From NCBI GenBank assembly GCA_963754315.1, contig CAVWFS010000001.1, positions 64,001 through 128,000 of the forward strand: a stretch of 64,000 bases of DNA, given 5' to 3'. Position numbers and translations under genes: made by a program. This DNA comes from an uncultured Candidatus Rokubacteria bacterium (GTDB taxonomy: Bacteria > Methylomirabilota > Methylomirabilia > Rokubacteriales > CSP1-6). Shown piece by piece: positions 28,937-37,292 of the stretch (positions are counted from its first letter, which is position 1; every line of letters starts with the position of its first letter). The notes under the pieces were generated by a model, which saw only the letters and a program-made list of their open reading frames with translations, was not told the DNA's origin and ran no database searches.

Positions 28937-29980
28937 TCAGACGAGCGGGAGGGGCACCGCCTGGCCGCTGGCCGCGCTGCGCGCAACAGCTTCGGTGAAC
29001 TCCATGTAGCGGACGCCGTCCTCGAAATTGGTCCGAGTGATCGTCTCCTTGCCGCGGACGGCGTTGGCGAATTCCTCCTCGACCCGCCAGCCGATTCGGC
29101 GCTCGACCGGGATGACGATCTCCTCGAGCGCGGTGGCGCCCCGCCGCCCGCCGTAGAGTCGACGGGCATCGGCATCGATTCGAAGCGTGCCATCACTGCC
29201 GAAGAGCCACGCCTCGTTGGGGGGGCCGAGGGCCGTGACGCTGCTGAACCGGAGATGGGCGCTGGCCCCCTTGGCCAAGGTGGCCAGGATGTCCACGTGA
29301 TCGGGAACCGTGACCGGGCGGAGGACCCCGCTGGCGTCTCGGCGGTCCGGAATGGCTACCAGGGTGGTTGCCATGACTCGGGCTGCGGGACCCACCCAGC
29401 GCATGGCCGCCTCGTACCAGATCCCCATATTCAAGACGTTGAGGCCGCTGAGGGCGGCATCCTGCCGCCAATGGAGGGGAGCCTGGCGGTCCACGAAGCT
29501 GCCTTGTCGGGAGTGAACCTCGACCGCGAGAAGGTCGCCCAGGTACCCCTCGGCCATGAGTGCCGTGATGGTGCTATCGACCTCGAGGGTGTGGGGGGCG
29601 GGGACCAGCTGGGTGATCAGCTCTGGCCGACGTCGTGAGGCCGCCAGCATCCGATGAGCCTCGTCGGCGTTCATGGCCATGCGCGCCTCGCAGAGAACAT
29701 GCTTGCCGGCCTCCAGGGCGGCCAGGGTGACCTCGCAGTGAAGGTTCGGCCACGTACCGATACAGATTGCGTCAGTGTCGGCCGAACGGACCAGCTCCGG
29801 CCAGGAGTCGTAGATGCGCGGAATGCCGAACTCCTGCGCGACGCGCTCGGAGGACTCGCGGCTACGGTTGGCCACGCTGACGATCTCCACCCCCGGGATC
29901 GCTTTGAGACCAGGGATGTGGCGAAGCCGGGTGTTGGCGCCGGCCCCGACGATTCCGACACGAAAGGATTGTGGGCTCAT
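28937..29980 (-). CDS. Gfo/Idh/MocA family oxidoreductase
   Basis: VGIVGAG, AGKHVLCEARMA; ATG at 29980. Confidence 0.88.
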   Translation of the reverse strand: MSPQSFRVGIVGAGANTRLRHIPGLKAIPGVEIVSVANRSRESSERVAQEFGIPRIYDSWPELVRSADTDAICIGTWPNLHCEVTLAALEAGKHVLCEARMAMNADEAHRMLAASRRRPELITQLVPAPHTLEVDSTITALMAEGYLGDLLAVEVHSRQGSFVDRQAPLHWRQDAALSGLNVLNMGIWYEAAMRWVGPAARVMATTLVAIPDRRDASGVLRPVTVPDHVDILATLAKGASAHLRFSSVTALGPPNEAWLFGSDGTLRIDADARRLYGGRRGATALEEIVIPVERRIGWRVEEEFANAVRGKETITRTNFEDGVRYMEFTEAVARSAASGQAVPLPLV

Positions 29981-30044
29981 GGGCGGTGAGCATACCGTAG
30001 TCTCGAATTGACGGAGGCGGAAACGATGCGCGCACGTCGGCGCG

Positions 30045-30653
30045 CTATCGAGAGGTGTTCGGGGGGCCCGCTCGAGGCCCGCGAAGCAACACTTCCAAAA
30101 GCGCCTGCATCTCCCGGCTGTTCCACTCGCGTGCCCCGACCGCCATGCCCGCCACCTCTCCACCCGGGCGGATGACGAATGTGGCGGGGAGGCCTGTGAC
30201 CCGCCAGGCGTTCGCCGTGCTCATCTCCGGGTCCAGCAGAATGGGAAAGGTCAGGTCGAGGTTCTTCACGTACGGGTCGAGCAGAGCACGGGGGGCGCCG
30301 CGATCGACCGCAATCCCGATCACGATCAGCCCGCGCTCCCGATAGGTTCGCCACAGCGCCTCCAGGGTCGGCATCTCCAGGGTGCAGGGCTGGCACCACG
30401 TCGCCCAGAAGTTCAATACGATGGCCTTGTCCGCCCACTCGTGAAGCGAAGCGTCGCGGCCGTCGAGGGTCGCCAGCCGGAAGGCCGGTCCTCGCTGTCC
30501 CTCCTTGAACTCGGTGACGCCAGCCCTCTCGAAAGCATCGAGGGTAGGCGGAGAATGAGCCGCGTGATGCCCCGCCTCCTGGCCTGGCTTGCGGATCGGG
30601 AGTGCCCACACGAGCCCCCCGAGCACCATGACGGCGAGCGCCACGCGGATCAA
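30045..30653 (-). CDS. TlpA/ResA family membrane-anchored thioredoxin
   Basis: N-terminal TM, GHHAAH linker, LNFWATWCQPCTLEMP, GLPATF; TTG start uncertain. Confidence 0.9.
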   Translation of the reverse strand: MIRVALAVMVLGGLVWALPIRKPGQEAGHHAAHSPPTLDAFERAGVTEFKEGQRGPAFRLATLDGRDASLHEWADKAIVLNFWATWCQPCTLEMPTLEALWRTYRERGLIVIGIAVDRGAPRALLDPYVKNLDLTFPILLDPEMSTANAWRVTGLPATFVIRPGGEVAGMAVGAREWNSREMQALLEVLLRGPRAGPPNTSR

Positions 30654-30740
30654 ACATCACACGTCGTCTCCACCCGGCCGTCCCACTCTCGACATGAGCA
30701 GAGAACCGCTCCATCCGAGTCACTCAACCCGCGCTCGTCT

Positions 30741-30816
30741 TTTCCGAGCGCCGGCTTTGCCGGCGCAATCCCATCCTGGGGGAGGCCTCGGAGGGGGCCG
30801 TCGAGGCCCCCTCCGA
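30741..30816. repeat. REP-like element with perfect 12-bp hairpin
   Basis: TCGGAGGGGGCC-GTCGA-GGCCCCCTCCGA 30788-30816, immediately after the ABC ATPase stop; short stem GCGCCGG..CCGGCGC to its left. Confidence 0.5.
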
Positions 30817-30817
30817 C

Positions 30818-31525
30818 TCAAACACCGAGCTTCTCACGCGTGACCGGGCTCTCGCGTAGTTCCTTGGAGGGACCGTCAAACACGATCTGTCCCTTCTCCA
30901 TGATGTAGCCCCGATCGCACACGGACAGGGCCACCCGTGCGTTCTGCTCGACGAGGAGCACGGTGACACCGCCCCGCTTCAGCTCGGCGATCATGTCCCG
31001 GATGTGTCGCACGAAGGTGGGTGCCAACCCCTGGGTGGGTTCGTCCATGAGGATGAGACGGGATCCCGCCATCATGACGCGGCCGATGGCAAGCATTTGC
31101 TGCTCTCCTCCCGACAAGGTCTTGCCCGGTTGATCGAGGCGCTCTCGCAAGCGCGGAAAGTGGCGGAAGACTTCATCGAAGCGCTCGCGTCGCACGGCGG
31201 CGGTGCGGGCCGGGACGGCCGACAGGCCGAGCTCGAGATTCTCGCGCACGGTGAGGCCGGGGAAGATGCGCCGATTCTCTGGCACCAGCCCCACACCGAG
31301 TCGCGCAATCGCGTGGGGCATCAGCCCGATGAGGCTCCGGCCCTCGAACTCGATGCGACCCTGCCACGCGGGCAGGAAGCCCATGGCTGTCTTCATGAGC
31401 GTGGTCTTGCCCATGCCATTCTTGCCGAGGAGGGCGACCGCTTCGCCCTCTCGGACTTCGAGCGAGACGCCGAAGAGGATGGGCGTTGCCCCATAGCCGG
31501 CGCGGAGGCTATCGATCCGGAGCAT
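30818..31525 (-). CDS. HAAT-type ABC transporter ATPase (LivF-like)
   Basis: GKNGMGKTT, LSGGEQQML, LMDEP, LLVEQN. Confidence 0.93.
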   Translation of the reverse strand: MLRIDSLRAGYGATPILFGVSLEVREGEAVALLGKNGMGKTTLMKTAMGFLPAWQGRIEFEGRSLIGLMPHAIARLGVGLVPENRRIFPGLTVRENLELGLSAVPARTAAVRRERFDEVFRHFPRLRERLDQPGKTLSGGEQQMLAIGRVMMAGSRLILMDEPTQGLAPTFVRHIRDMIAELKRGGVTVLLVEQNARVALSVCDRGYIMEKGQIVFDGPSKELRESPVTREKLGV

Positions 31526-31528
31526 CGC

Positions 31529-32281
31529 TCAGTCCTCGGTCCCCCCCAGGTACGCGTCGATGACCTTCGGATCGCTACGAATCTCGGCGGGCGTGCCCTC
31601 GGCAATCTTCTCGCCGAAATGCAGGACGGCGATCCGATCCGAGATCCCCATGACCACGCTCATGTCGTGCTCGATGAGCAGAAGGGTGAGACCTCTGTCG
31701 TTCACGATCCGCTTGATGAGGGCCGTGGCCTCCTTGGTTTCGCCAGGTGTCATGCCGGCCGTGGGCTCGTCGAGCATGAGCAACGTCGGCTCGGTGGCGA
31801 GGGCCACGCAGATCTCCAGATAGCGCTGCTCACCGTGGGACAGGTTCTCGGCCAGCTCATCCCGCCGGCGTTCCAAACCGAAGGCGGCCAGGAGCGCGGC
31901 GACCTGCGGCTCGACGTCAGGCGCCCGCCACAGGGAGACGAGACGCCCCGAATCGCGGACGCGCGACTGCGCGGCGACCCGAACGTTATCGGACACGGAG
32001 ATGGCGGGGAACAGGTTCGTGATCTGGAACGTCTTGGCGACGCCCAGCCGGTTGATGGTTTCCGGAGAACAGCCCGTGATGTCCCGGCCGTCGAGGACCA
32101 CCGTCCCCGAGGTCGGCGCGTGCAGTCCGGCCACGACGTTGAAGAGGGTGGATTTGCCCGCGCCGTTCGGACCGATCACCGAGAAGACCTCTCCCTGGCG
32201 TACGGCCAGACTCACCCTGGCCAGCGCGGCCAGGGCTCCGAATTGCTTGGAGACTCCCGCCACCTCGAGGACGTTGGCCAC
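31529..32281 (-). CDS. HAAT-type ABC transporter ATPase (LivG-like)
   Basis: GPNGAGKST, LSHGEQR, LDEPTAG, IEHDM, DAYLG; GTG 32281 with SD AAGGAG. Confidence 0.93.
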   Translation of the reverse strand: MANVLEVAGVSKQFGALAALARVSLAVRQGEVFSVIGPNGAGKSTLFNVVAGLHAPTSGTVVLDGRDITGCSPETINRLGVAKTFQITNLFPAISVSDNVRVAAQSRVRDSGRLVSLWRAPDVEPQVAALLAAFGLERRRDELAENLSHGEQRYLEICVALATEPTLLMLDEPTAGMTPGETKEATALIKRIVNDRGLTLLLIEHDMSVVMGISDRIAVLHFGEKIAEGTPAEIRSDPKVIDAYLGGTED

Positions 32282-32286
32282 CTCCT

Positions 32287-33228
32287 TCACGTCGTGGCCC
32301 GCCTCGCCCGCGGTCCACGCAGGCGGCGGAGTCCCAGCAGTCCTTTCGGCATGAACAGCACGATGACGACCAGGACGACGCCGATCACGATGAAGTACCA
32401 ATCGACGTACGAGGATACCTTGTCACGCAGGATGGTGAAGAATGCGCCCCCGATGATCGGGCCGACCAGGGTGCCGATTCCTCCGATCATGACCGAGATG
32501 ATGAACTCGCCTGACTCCGTCCACACCATGAGATCGGGAGTGGCGAAGGCCGAGCGGATCGGGTAGATGGCTCCTCCAAGGCCGGTGAGGAGCGCGGAAA
32601 TCATGCAAGCCCCCATCTTGTAGCGCTGCACGTCGTAGCCGAGAAAGCGGGCCCGGTCCTCGTTCTCGCGGATGGCCACCAGGACGCGGCCGAAGTGCGA
32701 CGCGACCACCACCCGGCATATGACGTACGCCCCCAACAAGTAGCAGAGCACCAGGTAGTACTTCTTGACCGGAGTGTCGATGACCATCCCCGGCCAGAGG
32801 TGAGCGTCGGGCAAGCCCTGGATTCCGTCCGAGCCACCGAAGGCCTGCGTGTACCGGAAGAAGGTGTAGACGACCTCGGCGAAGATGAGGGTGAGTAGCG
32901 CGAAGTAGATGCCGCGACGGCTGGTGGCGAAGTAGCTCACCACGAGGGCATAGAGGCCGACGACCACGGCCGCGAAACCGAGACACAGCCACACGGACAG
33001 CACCCCGCGCTCCATGAGCACGGCCGTTGCGTAGGCGCCCAATCCGTAGAAGGCGGCGTGGCCAAAGGACACCAGTCCCGTGTAGCCCATGAGCAGATCC
33101 AGGCTCATGGCAATGCCCCCGAAGAGCAGGGCGTCGAAGGTCAGGAGCAGGTAATAGCGCGACATGAAAGGCAGGAGCGGCAGGGCGGCCAGCGCGCCGA
33201 AGACGACTGCCATTCGCCACGTCAGCAC
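32287..33228 (-). CDS. HAAT-type ABC permease (LivM-like)
   Basis: GYTGLVSFGHAAFYGLGAY, AIRENEDRA..LG, GGIGTLVGP, PKGLLG. Confidence 0.92.
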   Translation of the reverse strand: MLTWRMAVVFGALAALPLLPFMSRYYLLLTFDALLFGGIAMSLDLLMGYTGLVSFGHAAFYGLGAYATAVLMERGVLSVWLCLGFAAVVVGLYALVVSYFATSRRGIYFALLTLIFAEVVYTFFRYTQAFGGSDGIQGLPDAHLWPGMVIDTPVKKYYLVLCYLLGAYVICRVVVASHFGRVLVAIRENEDRARFLGYDVQRYKMGACMISALLTGLGGAIYPIRSAFATPDLMVWTESGEFIISVMIGGIGTLVGPIIGGAFFTILRDKVSSYVDWYFIVIGVVLVVIVLFMPKGLLGLRRLRGPRARRATT

Positions 33229-33229
33229 C

Positions 33230-34108
33230 CTATTCAAGGACGCCCTCGCGTCCGAACAGCCCACGCGGCCGGGCAATGAGCACGACGATCATGATGCCGA
33301 AGATGGCGATGGCCACTCGCTGGGGGTTCATCCAGAGGGAGAGGACGCTCTGGGCGATGCCAATAATGAAGGCCGCCACCACCGAGCCGCCCATGGAGCC
33401 CATACCCCCCAGGATGACGACGATGAAGGCGAGCAGGATCATCTCGACGCCCATCTGCGGATAGACCGTAAAGATGGGCGCGAGCAGCAGGCCAGCCAGG
33501 GCGGCGAGGGCGGCCGAGCCGGCGAAGGTACAGGTGAAAACCCGTTGGACGTTGACCCCCAACCCATCGAGCATCTCCGCGTCCTGCACGGCCGCCCGTA
33601 CGAGGATTCCCGCTCGGGTCCTGGTGAAGAAGAGCCAGATGGCCAGGAGCAGCGCCGACGAGATGGCGAGCAGGAACAATCGGTAGTTCGGATAGGTCAT
33701 GCCGAGGAGGGGAGACGAGCCCGGCAGCGGTGGCAAGATACGCCGCATGTCACCGCCGAAAATCTGCCGGATGCCCTCCCGGAAGACGAGCGCGAGTCCG
33801 AAGGTCAAGATGAGCCCGTAGAGGGGCTCCCGACGGTAGATGGGGCGAATGGTGGCCACCTCGGTCACGGCGCCCAAGACGCCAATCATCAGCGGGGCCA
33901 GGATCAGCGCCACCCAGAATGACTGGGTGAGGCCGATGACGGCGATGCCAGCGTAGGCGCCCATCATGAACAGCTCACCGTGCGCGAAATTCATCACACC
34001 GAGCAGGCCGAAGATGACGGTGAGGCCCAGCGCCAGCAGCCCCAGCGCGGCCCCGAAGACGAGGCCGTGCAGGAGCTGCGGCAGCAGGACCGCGGTGAGG
34101 TAATCCAA
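33230..34108 (-). CDS. HAAT-type ABC permease (LivH-like)
   Basis: GLTVIFG..GVMNFAHGE, AFIVVILGGMGS, RPRGLFG. Confidence 0.93.
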   Translation of the reverse strand: MDYLTAVLLPQLLHGLVFGAALGLLALGLTVIFGLLGVMNFAHGELFMMGAYAGIAVIGLTQSFWVALILAPLMIGVLGAVTEVATIRPIYRREPLYGLILTFGLALVFREGIRQIFGGDMRRILPPLPGSSPLLGMTYPNYRLFLLAISSALLLAIWLFFTRTRAGILVRAAVQDAEMLDGLGVNVQRVFTCTFAGSAALAALAGLLLAPIFTVYPQMGVEMILLAFIVVILGGMGSMGGSVVAAFIIGIAQSVLSLWMNPQRVAIAIFGIMIVVLIARPRGLFGREGVLE

Positions 34109-34114
34109 GCCGGG

Positions 34115-35335
34115 CTAGTTCTTTTTCTTGATCTCCCAGCTGAAGCCGGCGATGGGGTCCTTGCCCACCATGGGCTCGCCGATGGTGTCAGAACCTGGGA
34201 TGCGGGCGATGGGAATGTTCTTCCCTTTCTCGACCCGATACAGATGCATGTCCATGACGACCTGGTGATCTTCCTTGCGAATGCACTGACGCCCGATGTG
34301 GGTGTTGTCCAGGCACATCCCTTCATGGGCCTCGGCTACTTTGTCGGGATCGAAGCTCTTGGCCTTTTCGACGGCCGCCGCCCAGAAGAGGACGGCGTCA
34401 TAGGACCCGGCCGCGATGTTGGCGTCCAGATTCCAACGCTTCTTGAACTTCTGGTTGAAGGCCTGCATGTTCGGGTCGGGGTTGAAGGCGGAGAAGTGGT
34501 TGAGCTGGACGAAACCCTCCATGGCCTCGGCAATGGCGGGCAGGTCCTGTTGGAGGAGGAAGCAGTCGATCCCCGCCAGCTTGTACTTCTTGGTCATGCC
34601 GAACGACTGAAGCTGGGTCATCAGCCGAAGGGAATCCGTCCCCGCGAAGGCCAGGAAGAGCACGTCAGGAGTGGATTGGTTGATGGCGCCGAACCAGGGG
34701 CTGAAGTCCTTGGTGTCCAGCGGCGCGCCTGCCACGCCCACCACCTCGCCGCCGAGAGCCTCGAAGGCCGTCTTGAACTGGCGACCGTCAGACTGACCCA
34801 TCGCGTAGTCCGTGTAGAAGATGTAGACCTTCCTGCCCATCTTGTCGAGGATGTACTTGGCCAAGCCGTTGGCCTGCATGCGCGAGTCAGGCTGGTTCGA
34901 GAAATAGTACTTGTGGAACTTGGTCGTCCGCATGAACTCGGCGCAGGACACCGAGTTCCAATGGATGGTCTTGTGCTTTTTGGTGACATCCATCATCGCC
35001 ATCGTGGCGCCGCTGGACACCGCGCCCACGATCATCTTCACCTCGTCCTGCAGGATGAGCTTCTCCGCTTTGCGGACGGCGGGGGCCGGCTTGGTCTCGT
35101 CGTCCTCCGAGACGATCTCGATCTTGTGCCCGAGGACGCCACCCTTGGCGTTGAGCTCTTCCACGGCCAGGGTGACCCCCATGGTCTGGTACTTGCCGTA
35201 CCCCTCGAACACGCCGACCTTTGAACCGAGGTCGCCGATCTTCACCACCTTCGGCGCCTGAGCCGGGGCGAGGGCCACGGCGGCGCCGAGCGCCCCCGCG
35301 GCGACGATCAGAACGAGCAACGTCTTGCCCTTCAT
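34115..35335 (-). CDS. HAAT-type ABC substrate-binding protein (LivK-like)
   Basis: Signal peptide, VKIG, LAVEELNAKGGVLG, EDDETKP, GAVSSG, DYAMG. Confidence 0.9.
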   Translation of the reverse strand: MKGKTLLVLIVAAGALGAAVALAPAQAPKVVKIGDLGSKVGVFEGYGKYQTMGVTLAVEELNAKGGVLGHKIEIVSEDDETKPAPAVRKAEKLILQDEVKMIVGAVSSGATMAMMDVTKKHKTIHWNSVSCAEFMRTTKFHKYYFSNQPDSRMQANGLAKYILDKMGRKVYIFYTDYAMGQSDGRQFKTAFEALGGEVVGVAGAPLDTKDFSPWFGAINQSTPDVLFLAFAGTDSLRLMTQLQSFGMTKKYKLAGIDCFLLQQDLPAIAEAMEGFVQLNHFSAFNPDPNMQAFNQKFKKRWNLDANIAAGSYDAVLFWAAAVEKAKSFDPDKVAEAHEGMCLDNTHIGRQCIRKEDHQVVMDMHLYRVEKGKNIPIARIPGSDTIGEPMVGKDPIAGFSWEIKKKN

Positions 35336-36009
35336 GATGACCTCCTTAACGTTGTCGAGTCGACCACTCCACTGAGCGCCTGGGCGATACGCGCCAGCGG
35401 CTGGCGCAGCCGCTCGGGATTCTGCATCGCGGCGTCGCGAGCTGCGGGTCTCCCTCCGGAGCAGGGATTGGCGGCGACCGGAGCCGTGGCTACCTTCGCA
35501 AGACTCTCGGCTTCGTCGAAGGCGAGGCGGACAGTCACGGCGGCCTTGGGATCATACTGCGAGATGGCAAAGTCTACTAGGTTGTAGTAGCGCCAGATCG
35601 CCTCCAGGAACTTGCGGCCGGCGGCGGCCCGCACCTCGACCGGTACCGACCTGTCGCTGACCTGGCGTTCGGCCTCCTGAGCCAGATCCCGGGTGAGCGC
35701 GGCGAAGAAGGTCACCAGGCCACGCTCGGCCTCGGCGCCCTTGTGCTCGCGAAGCTTCCCTGCGACCTGGCTCTCGAGCCCTGGTGGGAGGCGGGCGGCC
35801 ATGGCCAGCATCTCTTTGCGGACCGCGCCCGATTCGAACAGACGCTGAGCGACGTCGAACTTCCCCGCCTGGATGGCGAACTTCAGCTGCTTGAAGTTGG
35901 CGGAGATCTCGTTGTCACGCGGCGAGTAGCTGCCGAGGTGGTGAGCGTGCGCGACGATCGGCGCTCCCAGCAGGACGAGGGCGGCGAGCAACCGGGCGTG
36001 GATCGTCAC
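35332..36009 (-). CDS. Exported hypothetical helical protein with N-terminal His-His
   Basis: Signal peptide ending AHA, mature start HHLGSY; overlaps both neighbours by 4 nt. Confidence 0.7.
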   Translation of the reverse strand: MTIHARLLAALVLLGAPIVAHAHHLGSYSPRDNEISANFKQLKFAIQAGKFDVAQRLFESGAVRKEMLAMAARLPPGLESQVAGKLREHKGAEAERGLVTFFAALTRDLAQEAERQVSDRSVPVEVRAAAGRKFLEAIWRYYNLVDFAISQYDPKAAVTVRLAFDEAESLAKVATAPVAANPCSGGRPAARDAAMQNPERLRQPLARIAQALSGVVDSTTLRRSS

Positions 36010-36554
36010 CGACCGAGACGTAGCGCGACGATGGCGACCAGCCACCAGAGCGCGACAATCGTTGCCCCGCCGAAGGGAATCCACACTAGCCACTCGGCGA
36101 TCGCCTTCCCCCTCTCGAGTCCGACCACCGGGATGAGCCCGCTCCACAGCAGGTAGCCGAGAGGATACCCTGCCCCTCCTACCGTGAGAAGCGTGATGAG
36201 GATCGACCGCGCCCGGCCGGGCGCGGCGAGGGACGCGGCCACGGTGGTCGTCACGATGATCACCAATCCCATCCCCTCCGCGTGCAGGTGGAAGAGGCGC
36301 AGGCCAGCGTCGAATTTCACCAGCGCTTCATCCAGGATCTGCTCGTCGACGTCGCGCACGCCCACCAGGCCGTGAACGACGGGGCGGGCCAACATCGCGT
36401 TGCGGGCCCAGCGCGCGAGGTCGATCTTGAAGCGAACCATCGAGGCCCCCCCCACCTCGGCGCATACGACCAAGAGGACCGCCACGAGTAACACCCACGG
36501 CGATGGAAACTGCCACACCCGGTCAGCGTTCGGAGCGCCTGGGCGATCCCTCAC
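36006..36554 (-). CDS. Hypothetical 4-TM membrane protein (FHxHAEGMGL), paralog 2
   Basis: Hydrophobic helices; AGLRLFHLHAEGMGL, GYPLGYL. Confidence 0.8.
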   Translation of the reverse strand: MRDRPGAPNADRVWQFPSPWVLLVAVLLVVCAEVGGASMVRFKIDLARWARNAMLARPVVHGLVGVRDVDEQILDEALVKFDAGLRLFHLHAEGMGLVIIVTTTVAASLAAPGRARSILITLLTVGGAGYPLGYLLWSGLIPVVGLERGKAIAEWLVWIPFGGATIVALWWLVAIVALRLGR

Positions 36555-37078
36555 GGTGTGGACGGCCGCCGGGCGCGTCGGACAACACCGGCCAGTTCGA
36601 CTCCAAGCCCGATCAGGCCCACGAGGGCCAGACTGCCGAGCGGCGAGAGCACCCAGCGCTCTGTCAGGCCGATTCCGGTGTCACGACCGGCCTCCAGCAC
36701 CGTGATCCCGTAGACGAGGTAGCCGAGAGGAAAGAGGGAGCCGATCGTCAGGAGCAGGTAGAGGAGCCCGCGCCGACCACACGAGGGAACGACCTTCGCC
36801 ACCAGGGTGCTCATGATGAATAGGATGAGCCCCATACCCTCCGCGTGAGTGTGGAAAAAGGACAGACCCGCCTCCGCGGCATACGTTGCCCGCGCCCGGA
36901 TCTCGTCATCGTACTCGGGCGAGCCGGTCAGGCCGTGGGCCTCGCGATTCGCGTCGATGCGGGCGGCGGCGTACCGGTCGATGGCCGGACGGAGCTGGGA
37001 CATCACGGCGCCGGCGGTCTCACCGAGGGCAATGAGCACCATGGCTACCAGGACGACGAGGAGCGGGGGACGACGCAT
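36551..37078 (-). CDS. Hypothetical 4-TM membrane protein (FHxHAEGMGL), paralog 1
   Basis: Hydrophobic helices; AGLSFFHTHAEGMGL, LFPLGYL; SD GGAGG upstream. Confidence 0.8.
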   Translation of the reverse strand: MRRPPLLVVLVAMVLIALGETAGAVMSQLRPAIDRYAAARIDANREAHGLTGSPEYDDEIRARATYAAEAGLSFFHTHAEGMGLILFIMSTLVAKVVPSCGRRGLLYLLLTIGSLFPLGYLVYGITVLEAGRDTGIGLTERWVLSPLGSLALVGLIGLGVELAGVVRRARRPSTP

Positions 37079-37292
37079 GCGAATCTGAGGACCTCCGCAG
37101 GCCAGACTACCGAAGACTACCAGCGGGCCCGGGGTCTGTCACCCGCGATCTGACGATCGCATGATCGTGCGGCGTGCAGGCCGCGGTGATGACTCGACGT
37201 TGGCCTCCCGGGTAGAATCACGGTCCGGATACGAGACCGATGCACACGCGACTGGCCGCGACCCCCACATGAACACCGGAGCCTGATCGAGC

